Shown here: positions 35,465-48,200 of the stretch, piece by piece
Layout: each line of letters starts with the position of its first letter
Numbering within the stretch: the first letter of the stretch is position 1
Assembly: GCF_009914755.1 (NCBI RefSeq)
Contig: NC_060929.1
Strand: one strand, 5' to 3'
DNA from: the human T2T-CHM13v2.0 reference genome, Homo sapiens
DNA: 64,000 nucleotides
The notes under the pieces: generated by a model
What the model saw: the letters and a program-made list of their open reading frames with translations, nothing else
Database searches by the model: none
What the model was told of the DNA's origin: nothing
Program-made: the position numbers and the translations under genes

Positions 35465-35964
35465 TAATGTGATACCATCTATGCAAAGAAACCTCCAAGA
35501 ATAAATAGAAGTTTATACCTGCATGGGGAAAGGTCTGGAGGAGGAAGACCAAGCTCTAGGAGGGCTCCAGGAGGGTTAGGAGGTTGGAGGGCAGTGAGAG
35601 AGGCCTTCAGCCTTGCATGCAATGTTCAACTTTTAAAAAACAAAGATGAGAGTTGTGTTTACTTGAGTAATTCAAATTTAATGAAAAAATAAATTTGAGA
35701 GGATTTCTATGAGCCGAATGGAGTTGTTTCCAAAATATATTTTTAAGTGCAAAAAAGTTCCATTTTTTTTTTGTAAAACCATTACAATTTATAAAAATGG
35801 AATGTGGGAAGAGTAAGTCCAGAAATAATGAAAATGATTACCTATGAAAGTAATAAATGGGGAGAAAAGGGTAGAGATGAAAGAGTCACTATCTTTTTAC
35901 AATTTTTGAGTTTTGAGCCATATAAATGATTTACTGAATACAAAATTAAATAAAAATGATGGGA

Positions 35965-36250
35965 GGCCACAGGCTCACGCCTGTAATCCCAGCACGTTGA
36001 GAGGCTGAGGTGGGTGGATCACGAGGTCAGGAGTTCATGACCAGCCTGGCCAACGTGGTGAAACCTCGTCTCTACTAAAAATACAAAAAATCAGCCAGGC
36101 GTGGTGGCACGCGCCTGTAATCCCAGCTACTCAGGAGGCTGAGACAGGAGAATCACTTGAACCCGGGAGGTTGCAGTGAGCCAAGATGGCACCACTGCAC
36201 TCCAGCCTGGGTGACAGAGCAAGACTCTGTCTCAAAAAAGAGAAAAACCA
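35965..36250 (+). mobile_element. AluS
   Basis: Sense Alu dimer inside old L1 sequence (~35460-37430). Confidence 0.88.
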
Positions 36251-36531
36251 AATGATGGGAAAAGCAATAGAAACAAACGAACTTGCCTGTCAAATTGATA
36301 GCAACCACACCGACAGTGGAAGTAATTCCAGGACTGTGCGTGCACACTCTTAGTGGGCTATATTTTAAGGATGAAATAACCGCCACTAAACCATGAACTT
36401 GGTAGAGCAGTTGTCAGTAGTGGCATTGGTGTAGTTATTCGTTTGCACTGTGAAGTGGAGTTAATATATGGATGTTACTGTCAGCCAGAGTTCTCACTGT
36501 GGAAGAAGAGAGGTTCAAGTATGGCATAGGG

Positions 36532-36890
<359 letters not shown>

Positions 36891-37469
36891 TCATTGTAAG
36901 CTAATAATTAAAATTTAACTAAAACAGCAGTGAGGACACCTTTCCCCAGATCTTGGTTTCTAAAGACCATTCCTCACCAACTCCTCAAAGTAATGGACAG
37001 GGAACATACAAGGTGAGTCTGGAGCAAAAGGAAGGGCTCAAAGACTGATGTGGACAAACTATTAATAAAAGGACACAGGATCTGTTGGACGAGGCTCCGA
37101 TGGTCTACTCGGGAACAACTGAAATATTGAAAGAAGAGTGATGGGAATGGCTTATCACATAGTAAATGAAAAACTCCATGAGTTTATGGTGACACTAAAA
37201 AAGGCAGAAGGGAGTTCTGTCTTACAGAACAACAGAACTAATGCATTCGAAAGCCATGAAAGGATCAGAAAATCATCATCTTGCAACCCATAATTGGTTC
37301 AAAGATCATATCAGTAAATGCTAAAACCAATAGACAGATAGGTTGTTGGAGTATAGAATATTCACATGGTCTCAAAGAATTGTCCCATGCATGAGATCAA
37401 TCACAATAGGTATAGGGTACAATGGAGTGGCCGGGCGGTCTGGTGGATGCCACCTACACCAAGCATGAC

Positions 37470-37921
37470 AGCCACCAAGGTGCTCTGTTCAGCTCTCCCT
37501 TCAAGAGGACCCACTGTGGGAAGCACATTTGATGGACAGTTCAGTGGCCGTAACTTTTAACCCACCAGTGGTCTACTCTGCTGTCACACTTGACACAGCC
37601 ACAACTGAACACAGTGGGAATACTAGAACCAGGCCATTCCTGCCCTATGTGGGATTCCTCTATCAGCGCCTTGACTTGGGAACTCCCTATCAGCCTGGCC
37701 AAGACATTCCCGGAATTCTGCTGCTGTCTGGCGCTCTTCCTCCCCAGTCCTTCCCTCTTGCTCTCCTTTCCTAGGTGTTAAATGTGCACAGCACCCAAAC
37801 TCTCCCTGCTGCCTTCTGCTCCCTCTCTGTCCTACACAGGTGTTTCCACCAATACATCTCTTTCTCTTGCACATTGAATCCTATCTTGGCATCCACTTCC
37901 TGGAGGACCTGAACTGGCACA
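37470..37921 (+). mobile_element. LTR16-like ERVL solo LTR
   Basis: ggccattcctgccc...gggattcctct; 3' end atcctatcttggcatccacttcctggaggacctgaactggcaca. Confidence 0.65.
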
Positions 37922-38000
37922 CCACATGATCACACTTAGCATTGCCAGTAATTTCTGTCTGCCGGATCTGCCCCTTACATACACAGGCTCTGGCTTCTGT

Positions 38001-39091
38001 GTTGTGCTATGGAATAACTGAGTGACCTTGGCCAGAGCAGTAAACCCCTTGGAGCCTCAGTTTTCTTTTCTGTAAAATGGGGCTTCGTGGGGGTGATTGT
38101 GAGGATTAAATGAGATAGCATATGAAATGAGCCTGGCACACAGTAGGTGCTCATTAAACCTGCTATGATGTCACCTTGGGGCTATTGTCATTCCTCTAGG
38201 ATCTTTTATCAGGAGTGGGTTACTTATCTTCCCTGTGTCTCATTTCTAAATCAGGATATGTATTGTACTTACTTTGCAGGGTTATTGTGAGGATTAATGA
38301 AAACCAGTGGTTTGGGTAATGCCCTCAGACACTGCATGCGTGGCACACAGTAAGCACTCAGTAAGTGTGGGCTGCTCTTATCATGAGGGCCATGCTATCT
38401 GCTGTCTTATCAGCTCAGGCTGCCGTAACAAAATACCATAGACTGCATGACTGGAACAACAGACATTTATTTCTCAAAGTTCTGGAGGCTAGAAATTCAA
38501 GTTGGAGGTGCTGGCCAATTCAGATCCTGGTGAGGACTCTCTTCCTGACGTGCAGACAGCCACCTTCTTACTGTGTCCTCACAAGATGGAGAATGAGAGG
38601 GAGCTCTCTGGTATCTTTTCTTATAAGGGTGTTAATTCCATCACAAGGGTGTTAATTCCTTGCCCTCATGATGTCGTCTAACCCTCATTACCTTCCAAAG
38701 GCCCATCTCCAAGTACCATCACATTGGGTGTTAGGGATTCAACATGAATTTTGGGGGGTCACCATTCAGTCCATAGAAGTGGGACACAGATGATGCTCAA
38801 TAAATGTTATTTTCATTCTTTTCGTCTCTCCTTCTCCCTCTGGCAAATAAAGCCTGGACCCGGAGTTTGATTGTGGTTGTGCTATGGAATAACTGAGTGA
38901 CCTTGGCCAGAGCAGTAAACCCCTTGGAGCCTCAGTTTTCTTTTCTGTAAAATGGGGCTTCGTGGGGGTGATTGTGAGGATTAAATGAGATAGCATATGA
39001 AATGAGCCTGGCACACAGTAGGTGCTCATTAAACCTGCTATGATGTCACCTTGGGGCTATTGTCATTCCTCTAGGATCTTTTATCAGGAGT
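38001..39091 (+). repeat. 216-bp identical direct repeat, 38001-38216 and 38876-39091 (MIR plus unique flank)
   Basis: Base-by-base comparison shows no mismatch; offset 875 bp. Confidence 0.95.
38402..38776 (-). mobile_element. MLT1A/B MaLR LTR
   Basis: ggctgccgtaacaaaataccatagactg...ttctggaggctagaa...accatcacattggg...ccattcagtccata. Confidence 0.8.
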
Positions 39092-40461
39092 CCTACATTC
39101 TTGACTCCTGCCAGATGGGGGCACTCACTGCCTTCTTATTCCTCGTGTGCTCAGTGGACGTCCCTGAGAAGCGGGCTGACTCGCCACCAGAGGGCTTTGT
39201 CACCGCCCTTCAAACGATCCTCAGGCACACAGACAGACAGACAGACAGAGGGAGTCCTGGATGAATGGCAAACCCTTCAGATTCTAATTTGTTTCTCAAT
39301 CAGTTGCTTCCTCGTGTGAAATGAGGGGACAGACAGCTGATCTTTCTGAGCTGCCCATGGCTGGGACCACTGCCTCCATTCCCAACACCCTGCTGGGGAC
39401 CCCGCCTTCCAAAGAACATGCCCCAGGCACACAGGTGAGCTCCCGCCATGCACTCCCCGTGAAAGGGAAGCCGTCTGGAGGCAGTGTGGCACCTGAAGAC
39501 GCTGGAGCTGCTGCTGTCAGGGACACACGCCCTGCCCATTCATCTGCCTTCTGCGCCGGGAGCCCCCGCAGATGCGGAAGATGCAGGGAATGATTCAGCC
39601 CCAGCCTTAGTAAGTCAATTTCCACTCATTCACAACTTACGATGGTTTCACACAGGGTGCTGGATTGATGCTTCGTGTTACTCAGCAAGGCTTGCTTCTG
39701 CGAGAGGGAGGAGCAGTGGTGGTGGGGGGAACCCTTCCTCGGTGAGGCCTACTTGTCCAGCACAGTGCTCAGGGCCCTGCAAGAGTCCCAGCGGGAGAGT
39801 GACTTGCTCAAGGTCACACAGCTCAAGGGGCAAACTGGATTTGAACCCAGACTGTGGGGCTCCAGGGAACCATGGTGGGGTGCACCCCTCCCACCACCAC
39901 CAGTCTTAGATTGGCAGCCTTTTGTGGAGCGTCCATGCTGTGCCCAGGCCTGTGCGGGAAGCCTCTGGAAGACGCAGGGAGAGTGGCCGGCCTTGTGGCA
40001 AGATAGGACACATGTATTGCTATTACTGTTTATTACCACCCTCTCTAACTCTGATCCTTAGAGAAAAAGAGGCACTGAAGAAAATGAGTAAAGAGGAGCA
40101 GAGTTTCTTTTTTCCTCCCAAGTGAATCATTGAAAGAAGTAAGTTTCCCTTCAATTTACATTTCAGTTTGGGCCTTTAAAAGCAGTTCTTTTTTTAGTTG
40201 TTTGACTAAATATATCTCTCAGTGAACATGTGCACCGATTTTTGGTTGTCTTGTAATTTTTTTCCTGATGACTGGTGTTATGGTTAGAGTCTGGGTTCTA
40301 GAGTCCTGTTGACCTGGGTATGAATTCGGGCTCCGTTGCCACATGAGCTGTGTGACTTTGGACAAATAACTTAACCTCTCTGAGACTCATATTCTCATCT
40401 GAAAAACAGGGAAATTAGAGTATCTTTCTTACATGTTCTTTGAAGAACTTTTTAAATATGC

Positions 40462-40953
40462 TTTTTTTTTTTTTTTTTTAAAGATGAGATCTGGCTATGT
40501 TGCCCAGGCTGGAGTACAGCGGCTAATCACAGGCATGATCCTCATACACTGTAGCCTCGCACTCCTGGCTTCAAGTGATTCTCCTGCCTCAGCCTCCCAA
40601 GTAGCTGGGACTACAGGTGTGTACCACTGCACCTGGCTAATATACTCTTTATTTTTTTGGTGAGACAGAGTCTCACTCTGTCACTCAGGCTGGAGGGCTG
40701 TGGTGTGATCAAGCTCACTGCAGTCTCTGCCTCCCAGGCTCAAGCAATCCTCCGGTCCCAGCCTCCCAAGTAGCTGGGACTGCAGATGCGCACCACCATG
40801 CCTGGCTAATTTTATTTTTATTTTTATTTTTTTAGTAGAGACGAGGTCTTGCTATATTGCTCAGGCTGGTCTCAAACTCCTGAACTCAAGCAGTCCTCCC
40901 ACCTCAGCCTCCCAAAGTGCTGAGATTACAGGCATAAGCCTCCACACCTGGCC
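40462..40953 (-). mobile_element. FAM/FRAM-type Alu monomer (~40462-40640) followed by AluJ (~40650-40953)
   Basis: Monomer has the 7SL-like cagcggctaatcacaggc segment; the second element is a full antisense dimer. Confidence 0.8.
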
Positions 40954-41114
40954 TAATATACTTTTTATGATGAAAAATTTCAAAAACAAATAAAAACATA
41001 GAGAATAATATAATTTGAAGTCCAATGTACTGATCTTGCAGCTATGTCTTCAACTTCTGGCCACTCTTGTTTCATCAATTTTACTTGTAACTATTATAAT
41101 ATGTATCTCTAAAA

Positions 41115-41660
41115 CAGGGGGCCCCAACCCTGGGGCCATGGACTGGTGTGGGTCTGTGGCCTGTTAGAAACCAGGCCGCATAGCAGGAGGTGAGCAGTGG
41201 GTAAGTGAGTGAGGGAAACTTCATCTGTATTTACAGTTGCTCCCCGTCGCTCACATTACCCTTGAACTCTGCCTCCTGTCAGAGCAGTGGCAACATTAGA
41301 TTTGAATAGGAGCACAAAACCTATTGTGAGCTGCGCATGTGAGGGATCTGGGTTGCGGCTCCTTATAAGAATCTAATGCCTGATGATCTGTCACTGTCTC
41401 CCATCACCCCTAGATAGGACCGTCTAGTTGCAGGAAAACAAGCTCAGGGCTCCCACTACTCTACACGATGGTGAGTTGTGTAATTATTTCATTATACATT
41501 ACAATGTAATAATAATAGAAATAAAGTGCACAATACATGTAATGTGCTTGAATCATCCCAAAACCATCCCCTGCTCTCCCCGCCCTGTCCATGGTTTTGG
41601 ACCGTGTATTTTGTCTTCCACAAAACCAGTCCCTTGTGCCAAAAAGGTTGGGGATGGCTG
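41115..41660. mobile_element. MER1A hAT-Charlie DNA transposon
   Basis: cagggggccccaaccc ... gttgcaggaaaacaagctcagggctcccact ... aaaaaggttggggatggctg. Confidence 0.88.
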
Positions 41661-42053
41661 CTCCACATGGTAAGGTTTTTCTTTTACAACATAACTGTTG
41701 TAATCAGGATTATAATTGTAATCCTGATGATCATTTGTGGAGGACTTACTGTGTGCTGAGCCACGCTTTTATAGCCCTTTGAGGTAACAGTGACTATCTT
41801 CATCTGTAGGTGAGAACAAAGAGGCACAGAGAGGTTGAGGATTTTTCCAGGTCACACAGCAGCAAGCAGTGGAGCTGGAGTTTGAAATGAAAGCCTGTCT
41901 GACTCCGGAGCCTGTGCCCTTTGTCTGTGTGTGCTATTATCATCAGCATTCTGTGTGGCTTGTCTGTTTCGATTATAAACTGTTCAAGGTTAGGGCCCCA
42001 CCTTAGCTTTCTGTATTTTCACAATCTCCAGCTGTTCCATGATTGTCAGACTG

Positions 42054-42079
42054 ATCATCATCATCATCATCATCATCAT
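42054..42079. repeat. (ATC)n microsatellite
   Basis: About 8.5 units. Confidence 0.9.
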
Positions 42080-43193
42080 TGGTTTGCACGACCAGCAAGT
42101 GCTTGTTAAATACCTAGCTGGAGGACTGCACTCAGACCCTGTGCATGTAAAAGTCACAGTCTCTGCCCTCTAAGTTTCTTATATAATCTGCCAGAGATCA
42201 GTTTAGACATAACAGCAAGATGGGAAAACTGATGGGTATCTTCCTGCTGATGAGGCTGATTTCTTCTCTGTCTGAGTGGCCTCAGATTCCACATGAAGAT
42301 GAAGATGTGGGCATGAGCTGAACAGACATTCCTCTGTGTCCACTGTTGTGCCATGAGTAGTACTAGAATCTGGGGATAGTGGAGGAAATACGATGTGGGG
42401 CCTTTGAGGCCAGGGAGGGAATTTGGATTTTACTCTTAGTGTGATGGGAAACCAGTGGATGGTTTTAAAGCGTGATGCAATCCCACTTTGCCACACTCTA
42501 GCAAGTGAAATCCCTCCTTTCAGCCTCTTGGGTGGTGGGGCAGGTGCGTCCAGCCAGGTCCTGGGTGCTGCCTGGTGTTCACCTCTTGGCAGCCAGCCAC
42601 GCTGCTGGCCTGGGACAGGTCCATGCATGCAGCACACCCAGGCCCTGCTTTCCTTCTGCCTCCGGCTTCCCCGGTATCTCCATGCTGCCTCCAGAGAGGT
42701 CCTTCCAGAGGGCTTCACCACATTCCTCTTTGTGGCTTCCATCACCTTCTAGGTAAAGTCAGGCCACTGTAGCCTGCCTGCTTGCCTGATGGGTCCCTCA
42801 TGACCCGGATCCTACTCACCCTCCCGCATCGCCTCTTCCCGCTGCTGCTCAAGCTCATATGTCTTACGCTCCGGAACCGGCAGCCCCTGTTCTTCCAGAC
42901 CTCTGGGTCTTTGTCATGCTCTTGCCACTGTCTGCAGTGCTTTCCACCCTGGTTGACCTGGTGAACTCCTAATTATTCATCAAGGCCCAACCTAAAGATG
43001 ACTCTTCTCAAAGCCTTCCCTGACTTCCCCATGCTTGGGGAGGTGCCTGTTTCTATTGGTGTGCTTTTGGCAGTATGTAACAGACCCCTCAACTAAAAGA
43101 AGCTTAAGCAATGAGAAATCGATCATTTCATTTAACAAGCAACCTGGAGGTAGGACAGTTCCAAGATTGTTTGATTCAGGGACAACCAGGTCT

Positions 43194-43494
43194 TTCTTTT
43201 TTTTTTTTTTTTGAGATGGAGTCTTGCTTAGTCCCCCAGGTTGGAGTGCAATGGCGTGATCTCGGCTCACTGCAACCTCTGCCTCCCAGGATCAAGTGAT
43301 TCTCCTACCTCAGCCTCCTGAGTAGCTGGGATTACAGGCACCCGCCATCATGCCTGGCTACTTTTTCTATTTTTGTAGAGATGGTGTTTTCACCATGTTG
43401 GCCAGGCTGGTCTTGAACTCCTGACCTCAGGTGATCAGTCCGCATCAGCATCCCAAAGTGCTGGGATTACAGGCGTGAGCCACCACACCCAGCC
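43194..43494 (-). mobile_element. AluS inside an old MLT1 LTR (~43050-43850)
   Basis: Antisense Alu; TSD-like acaaccagg/atctttct. Confidence 0.85.
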
Positions 43495-43850
43495 ACAACC
43501 AGATCTTTCTTCTTTGCCATCTAGGTTGTTGGTGATGACTCCCCTCATGATGACAAAATGGCTGCCACAGCTCCAGACAAATCTGCATATGACATCCAGA
43601 GAGGGGTGGTACTTTGTTTTCCATAGCGGGGAGGAGAAGCTTTCTCAGGAGCCCGTCTGCAGACTTCCCCTCAGGTTTCCATGGCCAGGATTGGGTCATT
43701 GGCACATTCTAAACTAATTCCAGATAAGGAATATGGGATCACATGATTCACTCAAACCAATCAGATTCTCTCTTTGGAGCTAAAGAGGAATCATCTGATC
43801 AAAATTGGGGTTTTATTAGCAAGAGAGAAGGGGGAAAGGTTATTAGTTAG

Positions 43851-44356
43851 TGTGGTCGTTGTCCGCCAGGATGGCCCCCAACGATTCCACCTGCTGCGAT
43901 GCCCAGCCTTGTATTGCTACCTCTCACCTTGCACTGGGTTGGTTTGTGTGACCAATAGCATGGGGCAGAGGTGATGGTATTTTGCTTTTGAGATGAGGTT
44001 GTAAGCACTGTGGTTTCCATCTTGGCTTCTCTCTTGCTAACTCGTGTGCTCTCTCTTCCCCTTGGGTTGCTTATTCTGGGGGAGGCCGTGTCTTGAGCAG
44101 AGAGGCCCATGTGGCCAGGAGCTGAAGCCCACAGCCATACTAGCATGCCTGGGAGCAGATCCCCAGCCCCTTCAGAGGCTGTGGCCCTGGCTGAGAGCTT
44201 GACTGCCACCCCCTCCGAGAGACCATGAGCAAGAGGCACGCAGCTGAGTGCTTCTGGATTCCTGACCCTTAGAACCACATGAAATGTCGGACGTCTATTG
44301 TTTTGGGCTGCTAAGTTTGGGGGTAACTTGTTATGTGGCAGTAGATAACTAATACA
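43851..44356 (+). mobile_element. MLT1F-like MaLR LTR
   Basis: tgtggt...gatggccccca...tgtgaccaatag...ctaagtttgggggtaacttgttatgtggcagtagataactaataca. Confidence 0.8.
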
Positions 44357-44504
44357 GCTGGCAAACAACAGTGGCTGCCGAGGTGCACTCCACTGCCCCC
44401 TGAAATTGCCATCAGAGCATTGTTTCATAATCTATGTTCGTCTGTTCCCTCTACAAGCTTGTGAGTGGCTTGATTTTCCACTTCCTTGTGCACGGGGGTC
44501 TGGA

Positions 44505-45250
44505 GTGTGCATGTGTGCATGCTTGTGTGTGTGTGCATGCTCGTGTGTGTATGTGTGCATGCTCGTGCGAGTGTGCATGCGTGTGTGAGTGCATGCTTGT
44601 ATGTGCATGTGTGTGCTGTGTGCATGTGTGTGCTGTGTGCATGCTCATGCATGTGTGCATGTGTGTGCTGTGTGCATGCTCATGTATGTGCATGTGTGCG
44701 CTGTGTGCATGCTTGTATGTGCATGTGTGTGCTGTGTGCATGCTCATGCGTGTGTGCATGTGTGTGCTGTGTTATGCATGCTCGTGTGTATGTGCATGTG
44801 TGTGCTGTGTGCATGCTCGTGTGTGTGCCTGTGTGTGCTGTGTGCATGCTTGTGTGTGTGTGCCTGTGTGTGCTGTGTGCATGCTCGTGTGTGTGTGCAT
44901 GTGTGTGCTGTGTGCATGCTCGTGCGTGTGTGCATGTGTGTGCTGTGTGCATGCTCGTGCATGTGTGCATGCTTGTGTGTGTGAGCGCATGCTTGTATGT
45001 GCATGAGTGTGCTGTGTGCATGCTTGTATGTGCATGTGTGTGCTGTGTGCATGCTAGTGCGTGTGTGCATGTATGTGCTGTGTGCATGCTTGTGTGTGTG
45101 CATGTGTGTGCTGTGTGCATGCTCATGCGTGTGTGCATGTGTGTGCCGTGTGCATGCTTGTGTGTGTGTGCATGTGTGTGCTGTGTGAATGCTCGTGTGT
45201 GTGTGCATGTGTGTGCTGTGTGCATGCTTGTGTGTATGTGCATGTGTGTG
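44505..45250. repeat. Compound (TG)n/TGCATG minisatellite, ~36-42 bp higher-order unit
   Basis: Recurrent gtgcatgtgtgtgctgtgtgcatgct(c/t) unit. Confidence 0.92.
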
Positions 45251-48200
45251 GGGGATCAAGTCCACCAATCTTCTTTGAGACTCCTTCCTACTGGGTTGTC
45301 TCTGGATTCAAGACAGTGTCTAATTTCCTCTGTAACTCTGAGACCTGGCATGGGGCTTGTCACAGAATGGCCTCAGGGAATTTGGTGGAATCAAGAAAAT
45401 GAATAGGATCCTGGGGTGGGTGAGAACCCGGTTGGCTGCTATGACAACTGTAGCATGGAGGACTCAGAGCAGCCTGGGTCCTGTTGATGATCTGGGAGGT
45501 TTTGCAGTAATTTTTCTGTGAAATGGCTTGGGGAGTGGAAGGCAGTTTCCATTCTCACCATCTTGGAAAGACGGTGCCCAGAAGCATGGAGCAGGGTGTG
45601 AGGAGGTGACAAGAGTGCTCTCCCAGGAACAGAGTTCTCCCACTTCCATGTCCTCAACTGTGCATTGCCATAACTACTCCAAGTCTGCATTTGTTTACTG
45701 AAGACCTACTATGTGCCAGTCTCTTGGCTGAGCACTTTCCAATCAGCTGTGGTCCATAAGCCTCTCCAGGGCGGGAGCTGTGTCTATCTTGTCAATAACA
45801 CAATGCCAGGCACATAGAAGGTGCATAATACATACTTTGTGAGTGAGTGAATGAATGAACAAATGAATGAATGAAATGAGTGAGTGAGTGACTCTGGCTG
45901 CTGCCTCACATAAAAGATAAAAGGAAGTTAGCCTTGGAAAAGTTAGGCAAAGGGAGGATAGGCAGAAGGGTGAGTAGGATGGGAAGGATGTTCCAGGCAC
46001 AGGAAGCCGCATATGCAAAGGCCCTGTGGTGAGAAGAAGCTTGCAATTGGAACCCAGTCTCCATAAATGGCTCTTTCATCATACCCCATGGTCCTCTGAG
46101 GTAAGTCCTTTTATTACCACTACTCTCAATTTGAAAAGTCCTTTCCATCCCTCCAAAAGGTTATGGAGAACATATAGAATAGTGAATTGGAGTACAGACT
46201 GCCTGGGCCTGGGCCCGGCTCTGCCCCTGAATAGCTGTGTTTACCTGGGGTACTTGTTTCAGTGTTTTTATCTGCCAAGTAGAGGCAACAGCAGAACCTA
46301 CCTCATGGGGTTTTTGTGTCACTAAATGGGCTCATAGAATATATTATTATCTCGTGGGAAGCAGAGCTGTGCTGAGTCAAACCTAAACTCAGTGCCTTGG
46401 TTAGACAACCCTCTTGGAGGGCAGAAGGACAAGAGCGTTGGCCATCCCCTACTGCAGGTGGGAGCGTGCAGTCAGGCCTGTTCCAGCCTCTCTCTTCTGC
46501 CTGAGTCCCCCGCCCCTTGGCGTTGATCAGAAAGGACATTGGGGCAGAAGATTTGTCCTTTGTATGAGGCCTCCATGTTCTGAGAGTTGGTGACGGTGAT
46601 GGGCCCATTGTCTCTGTTTCCAGACAGTTCCAGACAGGACCAAGCGTGGCTGCGTCAGAAAAGCATGGAGTGAGACAAAGCTGCTATTTTAAGGCAGCTG
46701 CGGGAGCTCGGAGGGCGCGCCTGTGTTCTCCTGTCACAGGCTTGTCAGAGTTGCTGGAGTGAGCTTGGAAGTCAGGGCAGAGGGGGCAGGACAAGGAGAG
46801 GAGGGGTCCTCGGCTGACTCACAGACAGACTTGGGAAAGCCAGGGTCCCAGAGGAAACCAGACACAGCAGGGGGAACTTCAACAGGGGCATCTGTATGGG
46901 GCAGGGAAAATGTTTATAATCACAGGCTGTGCAAATGGCCATAGAGATCATTTAGGCAAATGCCCCCATTTCACAGGTGAGAAAACTGAGGTGAGAGACG
47001 CAAGTGTGGTGGAGGGGCAGAGGCTTCTTTTCTTTGTAAATCAGTGAAGCATTTTGTTTTAAATAATCACCGTATTAAATAGTATTAATCGTATTAAATA
47101 TTATTATTTATACTTATATTTATAATAATAATAATAATTATTAATACCGTATTAAATAGTATTAAATAAGGTATGGCACATTAATACTATAGTCCTTTGT
47201 CATATTTAAAAAAACAAAAAAGATCTGTGTGAACCAACTTAGATTTCTAAGACTTGTTAAGAGAAAAAGAAGTTGTAAGAGAACGTGTACAGCATGTACT
47301 TATTAAAAAACAGAGGCAAAGCAAGATTTCCTATTTCAGTAGGTCCAGGTATGGCTATCAAGGCTTTGAGAAAGTTCTGGAAGGATGTTAGCCAAATGGA
47401 GTAGGATGGTCAACCTTCAGAGGGGACGGGATGGGGAGTGTGGGGCAGGGGACCTTCACTTCATCAGGATTGTTCCAATTGTTAAGAGAACCTTTTCATG
47501 TGTTACTTTTGTCGTTAAAACACAGGATACATAATATTTTTTAAAAATTGTTTTCCAAAGGCTTGTTTGGCCTTGAGGCTGGATTTGTCCAGAAAGCATT
47601 TCTCTCCTGGGTATCAAACCCTGTGAAACCCTGGCCTCTCCTCTCTGAAGCCTCACCCTGCTCCCGCTCCCCCACCACACACTGGATTTTATAAAATACA
47701 GAAAAATGATAAAAATGCTAATTAAAAGACATTCACTCAACTCCTTCTGCCCGAAGGAAGGCCATGAGAAGATGCTTTTTCTCATGATGCCTCAGGCTTC
47801 CAGGAAATTCCCGAGCCCTGGGGGCAAGGCCTGTGGGGGTGCATCACCTCCCAGAGAAGCGATCAGAGGTAGGGATGGAGCCCCTGCGTCCCTCTTCAGA
47901 GCGTGGGGTGCTTCCGCTTCGTCACTTCCCACTCTTTGTCTTGAGATAAGCAGTCAGCACCCTGGACACGCTCTTCCCAGAAAAACGCACAGTTTTCATT
48001 ATTTAACAATGTTTGCATATTTGCTAGTTTTTCAAAATTAATTTTTAGGAGCATGAATAAAATAAGAATACATTCTCCACGATGGGAAAGGGAGTTCAGG
48101 AAGAAAAGCAAGCACCGTAGATGGGCTAAAGTCGCTTTGAACAGCCCCCCCCTCCAGGGGTAACCACTGTTAACAGTTTGGTGCAGATCCTTCCAAACCT

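Noticed and set aside
44434-45406. Long Cys/Val- or His/Thr-rich ORFs (up to 306 aa) resembling metal-binding proteins
   Set aside because: These are translations of the TG/CATG minisatellite, which is open in several frames.
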